A stretch of 64,000 bases of DNA from an uncultured Gemmatimonadaceae bacterium (GTDB lineage Bacteria; Gemmatimonadota; Gemmatimonadetes; Gemmatimonadales; Gemmatimonadaceae): contig CAWBOC010000005.1 in assembly GCA_963790305.1 (NCBI GenBank), positions 320,001 through 384,000 on the forward strand. Reading direction: 5' to 3'. The stretch's first letter is position 1. Each line of letters begins with the position of its first letter. Below, in pieces: positions 10,113 to 19,539 of the stretch. A program made the position numbers and the translations under genes. The notes under the pieces were generated by a model. That model was not told where the DNA came from, searched no databases, and saw nothing but the letters and a program-made list of their open reading frames with translations.

Positions 10113-12501
10113 ATGACGGAAAATCCGGTCGACAATACGCCGCGGGGATGGCTTCGCGCCATCTACGATTGGGCGACGGGGACGACGACGCCACCTCCGT
10201 CGCTCGCTCCGTCGCTCGCGAGTGATGCCTCTACCGCTCGGGAGCAGCCACCAGCTCGCGTCGGACACTACGCGATCGAGCGCAAGCTGGGGCAAGGCGG
10301 GATGGGCGTCGTCTACGCCGCGCGTGACGAGCGGCTCGAGCGCACCGTCGCGCTGAAAATGATGTCGTCGCTGGCCGACGATGAAACCGCACGCCGCCGA
10401 TTCTGGCGCGAAGCCCGCGCCGCGGCGAGCGTCAACCATCCGAACATTCTGTCAGCTCTACGAGATCGGCGAGGACGCCGGCGAGCTGTTCATCGCCATG
10501 GAGCTGCTGGAGGGCGAGGCGCTCAATGCGCGTCTCCGTCGTGGACCTCTGAGCGTTTCGGAGGCGGTGCCGATTGGGCTTGCGGTGCTGGCCGCGCTGT
10601 CGGCGCTGCACGCGCGAGGGATCGTCCACCGGGACCTCAAGCCATCGAACGTGTTCCTCACCCGGCACGGGGTGAAGCTGCTCGACTTCGGCCTGGCCCG
10701 GCCCACCAACGCCGTGGCGCGCTCGCTCGACTCGGACGCGAACCTCACGCAAAGCGGGATGCTGATCGGATCTCCGGGCTACATGGCTCCCGAGCAGCTC
10801 ACGGGCGACGGTCTCGACGCCCGCACCGATGTGTTCGCGACCGGCGCGATCCTGTTCGAGATGCTCGCTGGGCGCCCGGCGTTCAGCGGCACCAACTTCA
10901 TCGACACGTTGCACGCCACGCTCCACGAACAGCCCCCTGCGCTGACTGGCTCTCCGGCCGTCGCCGCGGTCGACCGCGTGATTCGACGCGCCCTCGCGAA
11001 GCATCCCCGCGATCGACCCGCATCCGCCGATGCGATGGCCGATGAGCTACGGGGGGTTCACGGCGTCGCGGGCGATGACGCGGCGACACTGGCCCGCGCT
11101 CTGACACGCCTGGTGGTGCTGCCATTTCGCAACCTGCGCCCCGATCCGGAAACGGACTTCCTGGCCTTCAGTCTTCCCGACGCGATCGCGACATCGCTCT
11201 CCGGAATCAGTTCGCTCGTCGTCCGCTCGAGCGCCACCGCCGCTCGCTTCGCCGGCGAGTCGCCCGACCTCAAAGCACTCGCGGCGGAGGCCGACGTCGA
11301 CCGAGTCGTGATCGGGACGCTCGTCCGCGCCGGTGATCAAGTCCGGGCGTCGGCGCAACTCGTCGAGGCGCCGGGCGGAACGCTGCTTACATCGCATACT
11401 GTCCAGTCGCCGTTAGGCGACCTGTTTCGACTTCAGGACGATCTGGCGCGGCGGGTGGTGGAGGCGCTCGCGCTCCCGCTGGGACGGCAGGATACATCGC
11501 CCATGCCCGGCGCGCCGCGCGACCCGCGCGCGTACGAGTTCTACCTGCGCGGAAACGAATTGGCCCGCAGCTACGAGCACCTCGTACAGGCGCGCAACCT
11601 GTATCAACGGTGCCTCGAGATCGATCCCAGTGTCGCGCCCGCGTGGGCGCAGCTTGGCCGCTGCCATCGCGTGATCGGCAAGTACATCGAGGAAACCCCC
11701 GACTCCGAGGACCGGGCCGAAGCGGCGCTTCGCCGCGCGCTCGAGCTCAATCCGCGTCTATCACTGGCGCACAAATTCTACGCGCAGCTCGAAGCCGATA
11801 CCGGCAAGGCGCGTCGGGCGCTCGTGCGGTTGCTCACCCAGGCGAACCGACATGGAAACGATCCGGAGCTGTTCGCGGGACTCGTCCACGTCTGTCGCTA
11901 TTGCGGACTGAACGAGCAATCGATCGCCGCCCACGAAGAGGCTCGGCGTCTCGATCCGAATGTGCCGACCAGTCTCGAGCAGACCATCCTGATGACCAGT
12001 GACATCGAGCGACTGCTGGCCGTGGAGCCGCCGGTGTTGGCAGGAAGTGGCGACCAGGGGATCCGCATCATTGGCCTGGGTCTCGCGGGCCGTCGCGACG
12101 AGGCCCGCCGGGCGTTGATCGCCATGCGCGGGACGTCACACCTCCCGCTATTCCAGGCATGGACCGACTATCTGACGGCGTGGCTCGACGGACGCGGCGG
12201 GGACATGATCGTGAACATGTCGGCGTTCAACAATGTGAAGATCATGGACGACCCGGAGGCGATCTTCCAGGAAGGCTGGCTCCTCTGCGACGCCGGCGAG
12301 CACGAGCGCGGCCTCGAGTATCTGCAGCGCGCCGTCGCCAAAGGGTACTCGGTCGCCCCCACTCTGGCTGCCGCGCCGGCGTTCGATACGTTGCGGAGCA
12401 CGCTCGCGTTCCAGGCGGTGCTGGCGCAGGCTCGGGCAGGATGCGAGGAGGCGCTCTTGGCGTTCCATGAGCACGGCGGCGAGCGGCTGCTTGGCCGGTG
12501 A
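10113..12501 (+). CDS. Ser/Thr protein kinase with TolB-N-like and TPR regions, split by a +1 frameshift near 10447
   Basis: LGQGGMGVVY, VALK, HPNI in the first ORF; HRDLKPSN, DFGLA, YMAPEQ, LVVLPFRNL and TPRs in the second. Confidence 0.9.
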
Positions 12502-12525
12502 TGTGCCGTTAGGCGGAGTTTCACC

Positions 12526-12985
12526 ATGAAAACGCTCGCTCGCCAACGCGACAAGGCGGAGCTCGTTGACCGGTTGAGGGCCCTGCGTCCGGACAGCGTC
12601 CGTCGCTGGGGACGCATGTCGGTGCACCAGAATGATCTGTCACCTGTGCGACGGCTTTCGTATGGGAACGGGGGAAAAGCCCGTCCGCAGCGTCACCACC
12701 CCGTTTCGGGGCACCATGCTCAAGTGGTTCGCGCTGTACGGGCCCGTCCGCTGGCCCCGAGGCATTCGCACGCGGCCGGAAATCGATCAGGACCGGTTAG
12801 GCACCACGCCCGTCGAGTTCGCGGCGGATGTCGCGCAGCTCGAGGCGCTGCTGGACCGGGTCACTGCGCAGCCTCGGGATTTCGACTGGCGCGCGCACCC
12901 GCTGCTCGGCAACATGTCCGAGGCGGCCTGGCTCCGGTGGGGCTACCTGCATGTCGACCACCATCTTCGTCAGTTCGGAGCGTAG
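12526..12985 (+). CDS. DinB-like (DUF1569-type) protein, split by a +1 frameshift near 12631
   Basis: RRWGRMSVHQ|MICHL...HPLLGNMSEAAWLRWGYLHVDHHLRQFG. Confidence 0.8.
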
Positions 12986-13071
12986 CACGACCTAACGGTC
13001 GCGATGCGATGGTCAGTGGCCGGAGCCGGGACGCAGAGTTTTCAGAAGGTCATCGCAACCGTATCCATCGT

Positions 13072-15781
13072 TTAGTCCACCCTCAGCGCTTCCGTCGGCT
13101 GCACCCGCAGCGCGCGGGCGGTAGGCACGACGCAGGCAAGGGCGCAGACACCGAGCATCAGGATCGCGTACCCGACGAGCAGTGCGATGTCGCCGGCCGT
13201 GAGCCCCGGGGGCATGGTCCCGCTGAAGTGGGTCGTGTTGCGAACGCCGAGCGAGGCTACGGCGATCAGGATGCTTCCCGCGATCACGCCGAGGGTGACC
13301 TGCGTCAGTGGCCGCCTGAAGATCGACGCGATCACTCGACGCGCGCTCGCACCCAGTGCCACCCGCACCCCGATCTCCCGCGTACGACGTGCGACGGTGT
13401 ACGACAGCACCGCGTAGATCCCCGACAGCGAGAGCAGAAGGGCGACCGCCGTCAGACCGGCAATGATTCGTGTCCACAGGCCCAAGAGCCAGAGCGTGGA
13501 GCTCGTCACCTGGTCGAGGCGCGTCGTCTGCTCGACCCGGAGCGACGGATCGACCGCCATTGCCAGCTCGCGGACACGTGGCGCGATCGACAGCAGGCCG
13601 CCGGGGCCATGCACGATCATCTTGACGGCGCCCTGGCTTCCCGGAACGACTGGCAGGTACACCCCAGCGGCCCGCTGGGGCATTGCGACGCTTGTCATGC
13701 CGAGCTCCTTCACCACGCCGACGATCTCGTACCACGGCAGTTGCGCCGCGCTCGAGTCGGACATCTGCGACGGGCGCATGCGCACGCGATGACCGACCGG
13801 ATTGCGTCCGGACATCACGAGGTCGACGAAGCCTTGATCGACGATCACGACGCGAACGTCGGAAGAGAGATCACCGCTCGTGAAGGCGCGGCCCGCGAGC
13901 ATGGGCACGCGCAGCACGTCGAAATAGGAACGATGGACCGATGCCGTGGTCACCCACGCGGATGGGCTCCCCGGCAGGGACACCATTTCGACGAGGCGAG
14001 CGGCGTGATCCTCTGCCGGGAACGCGTCGACGAATGTCACGCCGGCAACCCCCGGCTCGGCTTCCAGCCGCTGGCGCAGCGCTTCGAGGGAGGAGCTGAT
14101 CCGGGTGCCTGGGGCGGCGGTCCCCTCGGGGGTCACCGTTTCCCCCAGCGCACCGTCAACGCCGAGGGTCACGCCGAGGTACTCCTCGGCTGCAAAGCCA
14201 GGGTCGTAGGACGCGATGCGCCTGCTCTCGCCGCGAATGAGCATCACGACCGCCGGCAACGCGACGGTGAGCGCGATCTGCGCGACGATGACCGCCGTCC
14301 ATACGCCGCCGAAGCTCACGCCACCACCGCCGGCGCTTACCCCGCGAAGCCGCGTTCCGAGGCCGCGGGTGATCTTCCGCGCCGGCATTACCCCCGCCAC
14401 CACCGCCCCGACCATCGCGAACGCGAGGGCGTTCGCGATCGTCTTCGGCGACAGATTGAAGTCGTACCAGAAGGGCAGCCGCCCGAAGTTCATGACGAGA
14501 TACGGCTCGCCCCAGCGCGTCAGGGCCAGCTGCGCCGCCGCCAGCCCGACCACGGCCGCAACGCCGGCGAGCACCAGCGCCTCGACGAAGAGCTGCGTCA
14601 CGATGCGGCGAGGGCTCGCGCCCAGGGCGCTGCGGATGAGAATCTCCGTCTCCCGCGACGCCGCGCGCGCGAAGAGGAGGAGTGCAACGGTGCTGCACAC
14701 GACCACCACGAGCGCGACGACGAAGAGGTAGGTCAGTCCCATCACCGCCATCGGATCGGGGCTGTTCACATTGAACTGCGTGTACGGAAGCACGTGCGGC
14801 TGGAGCTGCGCGTGCGTCGTCGGATGTTCCGTGGCGAGGCGCTTGCCGATGGTCGCCAGCTCCGCCTGCGCGGTCTCGAGCGTCATGCCGGGCGCGAGGC
14901 GGCCGAAGATGGTGATCGGGGCGCCGCCTAACGGCTGCACGCCGGCGACATCCGTGCGCAGCGGCAGCCACAGCTCGTGTGATACAGGGAACGCATAGCC
15001 GTCCGGCATCACACCGACGACCGTCGCGAAGCGGTTCCCGACCTTGACGGTGCGTCCGACGATCTGCGGGTCGCGATCGAAGCGCCTGGTCCACACCGCG
15101 TGGCCGAGCACGATCACCGGCGCCGCGCCCGCAAGTTCATCCGACGCCGCGAGCACGCGGCCGAGCAGCGGGTGCTCGGGGGCGATGCGGAACGCGGATG
15201 CGGTGATCTCCGCCGCGACCGCGGGCAGCGTGGTGCCGTCCGCGCCCACCAGATTGATGCTCGCGTCGCGAAAGGCGCTGATGTCGGTGATCGACCGCAT
15301 GGAGCGCCAGAACTGGTAGTCGTACAGCACGCGATCCTCGTCCTGGCCCGTCTTCAGATCCCAGTTCTGGATCCTCACGATGCGATCGCCGTCCGGTAGG
15401 GGCAGCTCGGTGCTGGTCAGCATGTCGAACATCTGGAAGGTGATGGCGCCGAACCAGAATGCCGAACGCCATCGCCAGGACGCCGACGATGGTGAGCCCC
15501 GGATATTTCACGAGCATTCGGACGCCCAGCTTCAGGTCGAGCGACAGTCCGTTGAACCACGCGGTACCGCGGCCTTCGCGGAGCGTCTCTCGATGCTGCT
15601 GCGCGCCGCCGAAGGTCACGAGTGCGCGACGTCTGGCTTCGGCGTGTTCGAGCTTCTGCTCGCGCATCAGCCGCTCCGTCTCCATCTCGATGTGAAAGCG
15701 GATCTCGTCGTCGATCCTGGACTCGGCGTCGCGTCGGGCGAGGAGGCGCAGGCGCGCGCGAGCGGCGTGGAACCACGTCAT
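13072..15781 (-). CDS. Duplicated MacB/FtsX-type ABC permease (ADOP-like), split by a +1 frameshift near 15458
   Basis: N-terminal IDDEIRFHIEM...EARRRALVTFGG prefix; two MacB-FtsX repeats; RTREIGVRVALGA; QPTEALR terminus. Confidence 0.88.
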
Positions 15782-15827
15782 GAAATGCTCCGGGGATGAG
15801 AGCGCGCGGCGCGGACGCCGCGCGCGG

Positions 15828-16160
15828 TCACGATACGCGCAGTACGGCCTCGAGGCCCGCCGCGAACCGACGCCAGTTCTCGAGCTCGACGCCGAGCGCG
15901 CGGCGTCCCGTTGCAGTGAGCCGGTAGTACCGGGCGCGACGGTTGTTGTCGGTCGTGTCCCAGTCGCTGGTCACGAGGCCATCCTTCTCGAGGCGCTGCA
16001 GTGCGGGATACAGCGACCCCTGGTTCATCTCCAGCACGCCCTCCGAGATCTGCTGCACTCGCTGGCTGATCCCCCACCCGTGCATCGGGGCGAGCGAGAG
16101 CGTCTTCAGGATCAGCAGGTCGAGCGAGCCTCGCAGGGCGTCCGTTTGTGACCGTGGCAT
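15828..16160 (-). CDS. PadR family transcriptional regulator
   Basis: LRGSLDLLILKTL..PMHGWGI, NQGSLYPALQRLE, NNRRARYYRLT; directly upstream of the permease. Confidence 0.92.
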   Translation of the reverse strand: MPRSQTDALRGSLDLLILKTLSLAPMHGWGISQRVQQISEGVLEMNQGSLYPALQRLEKDGLVTSDWDTTDNNRRARYYRLTATGRRALGVELENWRRFAAGLEAVLRVS

Positions 16161-16367
16161 GTGAGCTCCGGGCGGCTTCTGTAGCTGTCGACAAGACAGC
16201 ATACAGGCGACTCCTGTCGCTGTCAAGAGAAGCGGTGCTGAGCGCACGGTTTCGTCGCGCTCGCGCGATCGGGCGAATGGGGAGGATTGGGGAGGAAAAG
16301 AAGCGCGGCGACTTTCGAGTGAAAGTCGCCGCGTTCGTATCTCCGTCTACTTCATCGACTTTCCGAA

Positions 16368-16440
<73 letters not shown>

Positions 16441-16446
16441 CCGACC

Positions 16447-17334
16447 GTGCAAGCTAACCGGACGCTCGTTTCCCCTCAACCCGACATCCACACCGCTCTG
16501 CATCCGATCGTCGCGCGCCAGCTCGAGCGCCTGCCACCTCTCGGCCGCGACATCGCACGCCGACTCATCGATCACGACTTCGTCGGCGAAGCGGCGAAGA
16601 TGGCGTACTTTTATTTTCTCTCCGTCTTCCCCGCGGTGCTCATCGTCTTCGCGCTCACTGGCTTCATCGGCGGTGACGCGGCCTTCGCGCGCATAACGAC
16701 GGTCGTTCTCACGCTCACGCCGCCCGACGCCACCGCCTTCCTGCACGGCTTCATGGCCGAGCTCGCGTCGGAGCGCAGGCCGGGAATGCTTTCCTTCGGC
16801 GCGCTGGTGCTCTTCTGGGCCGGGTCGAGCGGGATCGCCGCGCTCACCGAAGCGCTCAACCGAATCCATGGCGTGTCCGAGGGACGAGGGTGGGTGAGTC
16901 GACGCTCGCTCGCGCTCTCGATTCTCGCCGTCGGCTCCATCCTCATCGTTCTTGGCACCCTCATCGTCCTGGGCGGCGTCTCGGCACTACGGGCGCTCGG
17001 GCTTTCCGCGGTGTGGGACGTCGTGCGGTGGCCGCTCGCTGCCGCGCTGCCCCTGGTCGCGCTCTGGCTGGCGTTCTATTTCCTCCCCGACCGCGGGCGA
17101 CGCGGCGGCGTCTGGGAGGCCTTCGTCGGCGCAACCGTCGCGACGCTGCTCTGGGCGATCGCGACCGCGCTGTTCAGCGTCTATCTCACCGGCATCCGCG
17201 ACTATAGCCGAGTGTATGGAGCGATCGGGACGGTGATGGCGCTGCTGATCTGGTTTTTCCTTTCAGCGCTCGCTGTCTTGGTGGGTGGCGTCGTCGATGC
17301 CTCGCTCGAGCGCCGGCACCGTGGCCAGATATGA
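16447..17334 (+). CDS. YihY/BrkB family inner membrane protein
   Basis: AAKMAYFYFLSVFP, ALNRI, YSRVYGAIGTVMALLIWFF. Confidence 0.9.
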   Translation: MQANRTLVSPQPDIHTALHPIVARQLERLPPLGRDIARRLIDHDFVGEAAKMAYFYFLSVFPAVLIVFALTGFIGGDAAFARITTVVLTLTPPDATAFLHGFMAELASERRPGMLSFGALVLFWAGSSGIAALTEALNRIHGVSEGRGWVSRRSLALSILAVGSILIVLGTLIVLGGVSALRALGLSAVWDVVRWPLAAALPLVALWLAFYFLPDRGRRGGVWEAFVGATVATLLWAIATALFSVYLTGIRDYSRVYGAIGTVMALLIWFFLSALAVLVGGVVDASLERRHRGQI

Positions 17335-17340
17335 ATGCAT

Positions 17341-17364
17341 ATATATCAGTCTCCGTTGATGTAT
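17341..17364. promoter_or_regulatory. Second copy of the ArsR-like operator at the 3' end of the ArsR gene
   Basis: ATATATCAG-N6-TTGATGTAT: same left arm and spacing, right arm 7/9. Confidence 0.55.
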
Positions 17365-17693
17365 TCCAGGCAGACCTCGAGATCGACTTGCTTGGACGTC
17401 TCGGCGGGGTCGGCCGCTCCGCCTTCGAGCAACGTGACGAGGCGCTCGAGCCGCGCGACCCCGCTCGGATCCAGGGCGTACCACACGGTGCGTCCCTCCT
17501 TTCTGGAAAAGACTAGTCCAACGTCCCTCAACACCTTGAGATGAAACGACATCAAGGATTGCCGAGCGGTGGTGTCATTGCAGAGCTCGTTGACGCTGCG
17601 CTCCCCAGAGCGAAGGCGATCGAGAATCGCGAGGCGCGTGGGGTCGGCGAGCGCCGCGAACAGCGGGGCGGCGCGGAGAAGGAGAGTGGCCAT
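17346..17693 (-). CDS. ArsR/SmtB family transcriptional regulator
   Basis: FAALADPTRLAIL, QSLMSFHLKVLRDVGLV..RKEGR..WY. Confidence 0.9.
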   Translation of the reverse strand: MATLLLRAAPLFAALADPTRLAILDRLRSGERSVNELCNDTTARQSLMSFHLKVLRDVGLVFSRKEGRTVWYALDPSGVARLERLVTLLEGGAADPAETSKQVDLEVCLEYINGD

Positions 17694-17701
17694 TGGGTGC
17701 C

Positions 17702-17729
17702 AATATATCAGGTACGACTGATATATCAA
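17702..17729 (-). promoter_or_regulatory. Sigma70-type promoter overlapped by a palindromic operator (probable ArsR autoregulation, near-leaderless mRNA)
   Basis: Minus strand TTGATA-N16-TATATT with extended TG, 8 nt before the ATG; perfect inverted repeat ATATATCAG-N6-CTGATATAT at 17703-17726. Confidence 0.7.
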
Positions 17730-17744
17730 TCACCACCGACCGCG

Positions 17745-17788
17745 TGAGCACCCTGAGCACCCTGAGCACCCTGAGCACCCTGAGCACC
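17745..17788 (+). repeat. 9-bp tandem repeat (TGAGCACCC) x5
   Basis: Four perfect units plus one 8/9 unit, intergenic. Confidence 0.95.
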
Positions 17789-17869
17789 GCTAGTACCCCG
17801 ATGGCCTTGACCGCCCCGCGTCTGGCCTTAGCTATGCAGCGAGTTGTTTTGTCCCCCTGGGAGGGTCTG

Positions 17870-18364
17870 ATGCGCCACACTCGGGTTTTGCTCACGGCCG
17901 CTGCGGCGGCTCTTGTTGCATGCGCTCAAAGGCAGGTCGAGGTCGAGACTGGCGACGTTCTGCTCGACGCACGCTGGGTCGCGACGCTTGCGCCGGTTGC
18001 GGTCACGCGTGATTCCGCCGCGATCACCGGCGCAACCACCGTCACACTCGGCGGACGTGGCAGCATGATGCGCGGCAGCAGCTCCGTCGAGACGCGCGCG
18101 ATGCTGTCACTCTTTGGCGCCGCACCTGGCTCGACGCACGCCTGGCACCTGCATCTGGGCTCCTGCAGCAACGATCGAGGAATTCTGGGCGCGCCCGAGC
18201 TGTACACGCCGGTCGTGGCCGGGAACGACGGCCGCGGTGACATCACCGTGACGCTTCCCTTTACGACTCCCAATTCGGGAGAGTTCTACATCGACGTGCA
18301 CGAGACGCAGAGCTCGGCGAGTCGCATCGTCGCCTGTGCGCCCCTGACGGCCGGCAACACCTAA
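17870..18364 (+). CDS. Lipoprotein with Cu/Zn-SOD-like or CHRD-like fold
   Basis: Lipobox LVAC; HAWHLHLGSC; FYIDVHE; RIVACAPL; RBS GGAGGG. Confidence 0.65.
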   Translation: MRHTRVLLTAAAAALVACAQRQVEVETGDVLLDARWVATLAPVAVTRDSAAITGATTVTLGGRGSMMRGSSSVETRAMLSLFGAAPGSTHAWHLHLGSCSNDRGILGAPELYTPVVAGNDGRGDITVTLPFTTPNSGEFYIDVHETQSSASRIVACAPLTAGNT

Positions 18365-18382
18365 CGAGCATCCGTCGAAGGA

Positions 18383-18417
18383 AGAGGCGTTCGTGCCGGT
18401 TCGGCACGAACGCCTCT
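18383..18417. terminator. Hairpin between convergent genes
   Basis: AGAGGCGTTCGTGCCG-gtt-CGGCACGAACGCCTCT, 16-bp stem. Confidence 0.8.
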
Positions 18418-18445
18418 CGTGTCTCTGCGCGGCACCGGACCGGGC

Positions 18446-19243
18446 TTACTCGACCCGGACTCTGCCCTTCACACCCGAGTAGCTCAGCCCGCGCTTCCGG
18501 CTCCGCTCGACGGTCAGATCGCCGCCGACGTCGACAACGCGAATTCCCCCTGAGCCGTCGCGCTGTACGTGCACCGATCCTCCCACGGTGCGAGCGCTGA
18601 TCGAGCCCGAGCCGTCGCGCACCGTCAGGGTCCCGGTCATATCGCGTACGTCGATCTCGCCCGAGCCATCATCGATCGTTACGTCGCCGCGAACGTTCTC
18701 GATCTCGAGCTCTCCGGAGCCATCCCGGACGCGCAAGGCACCACCAATGTCGCGGATCTCGACCCCGCCCGAGTTGTCATCAACATCGAGTGCTGCAGTG
18801 CCCGTCACTCGGAGATCGCCGCTCGAATCCTCGATCTCTACCGGAATATTCCTGGGCACCGTGACCGTGAGGTCGAGCGCCGGCCCGCTGTCCCAGCTCG
18901 AATCCCAGTCGCGGTGCTCCATCTTCGGCATCTCGACCTCGATGCGGACGACGTCGCCCTCACGCGTCCCGGTGAGCTTGATGTCGCGGAGCAGATCTGT
19001 GCGGGGAGCGCGGGCGGTTCCCTCGGCAACCACTTCGGTCGTGCCCTCCTTGCCCTCGACGCGAAGCCAGCCCGCGCGCCCTACGATGACGATACGCGTC
19101 GCCCCCCGGGCGTTTACGCGAGCGGTCCGCGGCTCATCATATGGTCTCACACGCGAAGGTCTCGCTTCGTCGATGATGACCGGTGAGGGCGCGAGCGCGG
19201 ATAACACGACAAAGAGTACGGCGTTCATGGCGGTGGCCTCCAT
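18446..19243 (-). CDS. Exported DUF4097-type beta-repeat protein
   Basis: Repeated DxSG(D/E)(L/I) units; LDLTVTVP; signal peptide. Confidence 0.8.
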   Translation of the reverse strand: MEATAMNAVLFVVLSALAPSPVIIDEARPSRVRPYDEPRTARVNARGATRIVIVGRAGWLRVEGKEGTTEVVAEGTARAPRTDLLRDIKLTGTREGDVVRIEVEMPKMEHRDWDSSWDSGPALDLTVTVPRNIPVEIEDSSGDLRVTGTAALDVDDNSGGVEIRDIGGALRVRDGSGELEIENVRGDVTIDDGSGEIDVRDMTGTLTVRDGSGSISARTVGGSVHVQRDGSGGIRVVDVGGDLTVERSRKRGLSYSGVKGRVRVE

Positions 19244-19539
19244 CGGGAGCGCGAGGCACCGGCGATACCGACTTGCCGCACCTCGCGTTGACTCCCCCTT
19301 TACGATGACAGCGTGCTTGCGGGTTCAGGGTAGAGCACCGGGTTGGACACCACCCATAGGCCCAGGGTTTGGAGCGGGTCTTGACCCTCGTAACCATCCC
19401 GCCACAACCTCCCGACGTTCGCCTCGCAATCGTTGCTTTCCCTCGTGAGTTGGCGTTACCCTATGGGCGGTGCCAGCACCTCGGCGCCGCTCCCCCGGCG
19501 CTCCTCCGTTCCGAGCGCCCCCGCCACACTCTCTCGAGG

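Noticed and set aside
12526..14931. 801-aa plus-strand ORF
   Set aside because: Arises from the frameshift at 12631 running into the antisense of the permease; Arg/His-rich shadow translation.
17745..17788. CRISPR array (also considered for the heptamer repeats)
   Set aside because: Units are 7-9 bp without unique spacers, and no cas genes are present.
19244..19539. Cobalamin or TPP riboswitch ahead of the TonB receptor
   Set aside because: No recognisable B12-box or TPP consensus by eye; a covariance search would be needed to exclude it fully.
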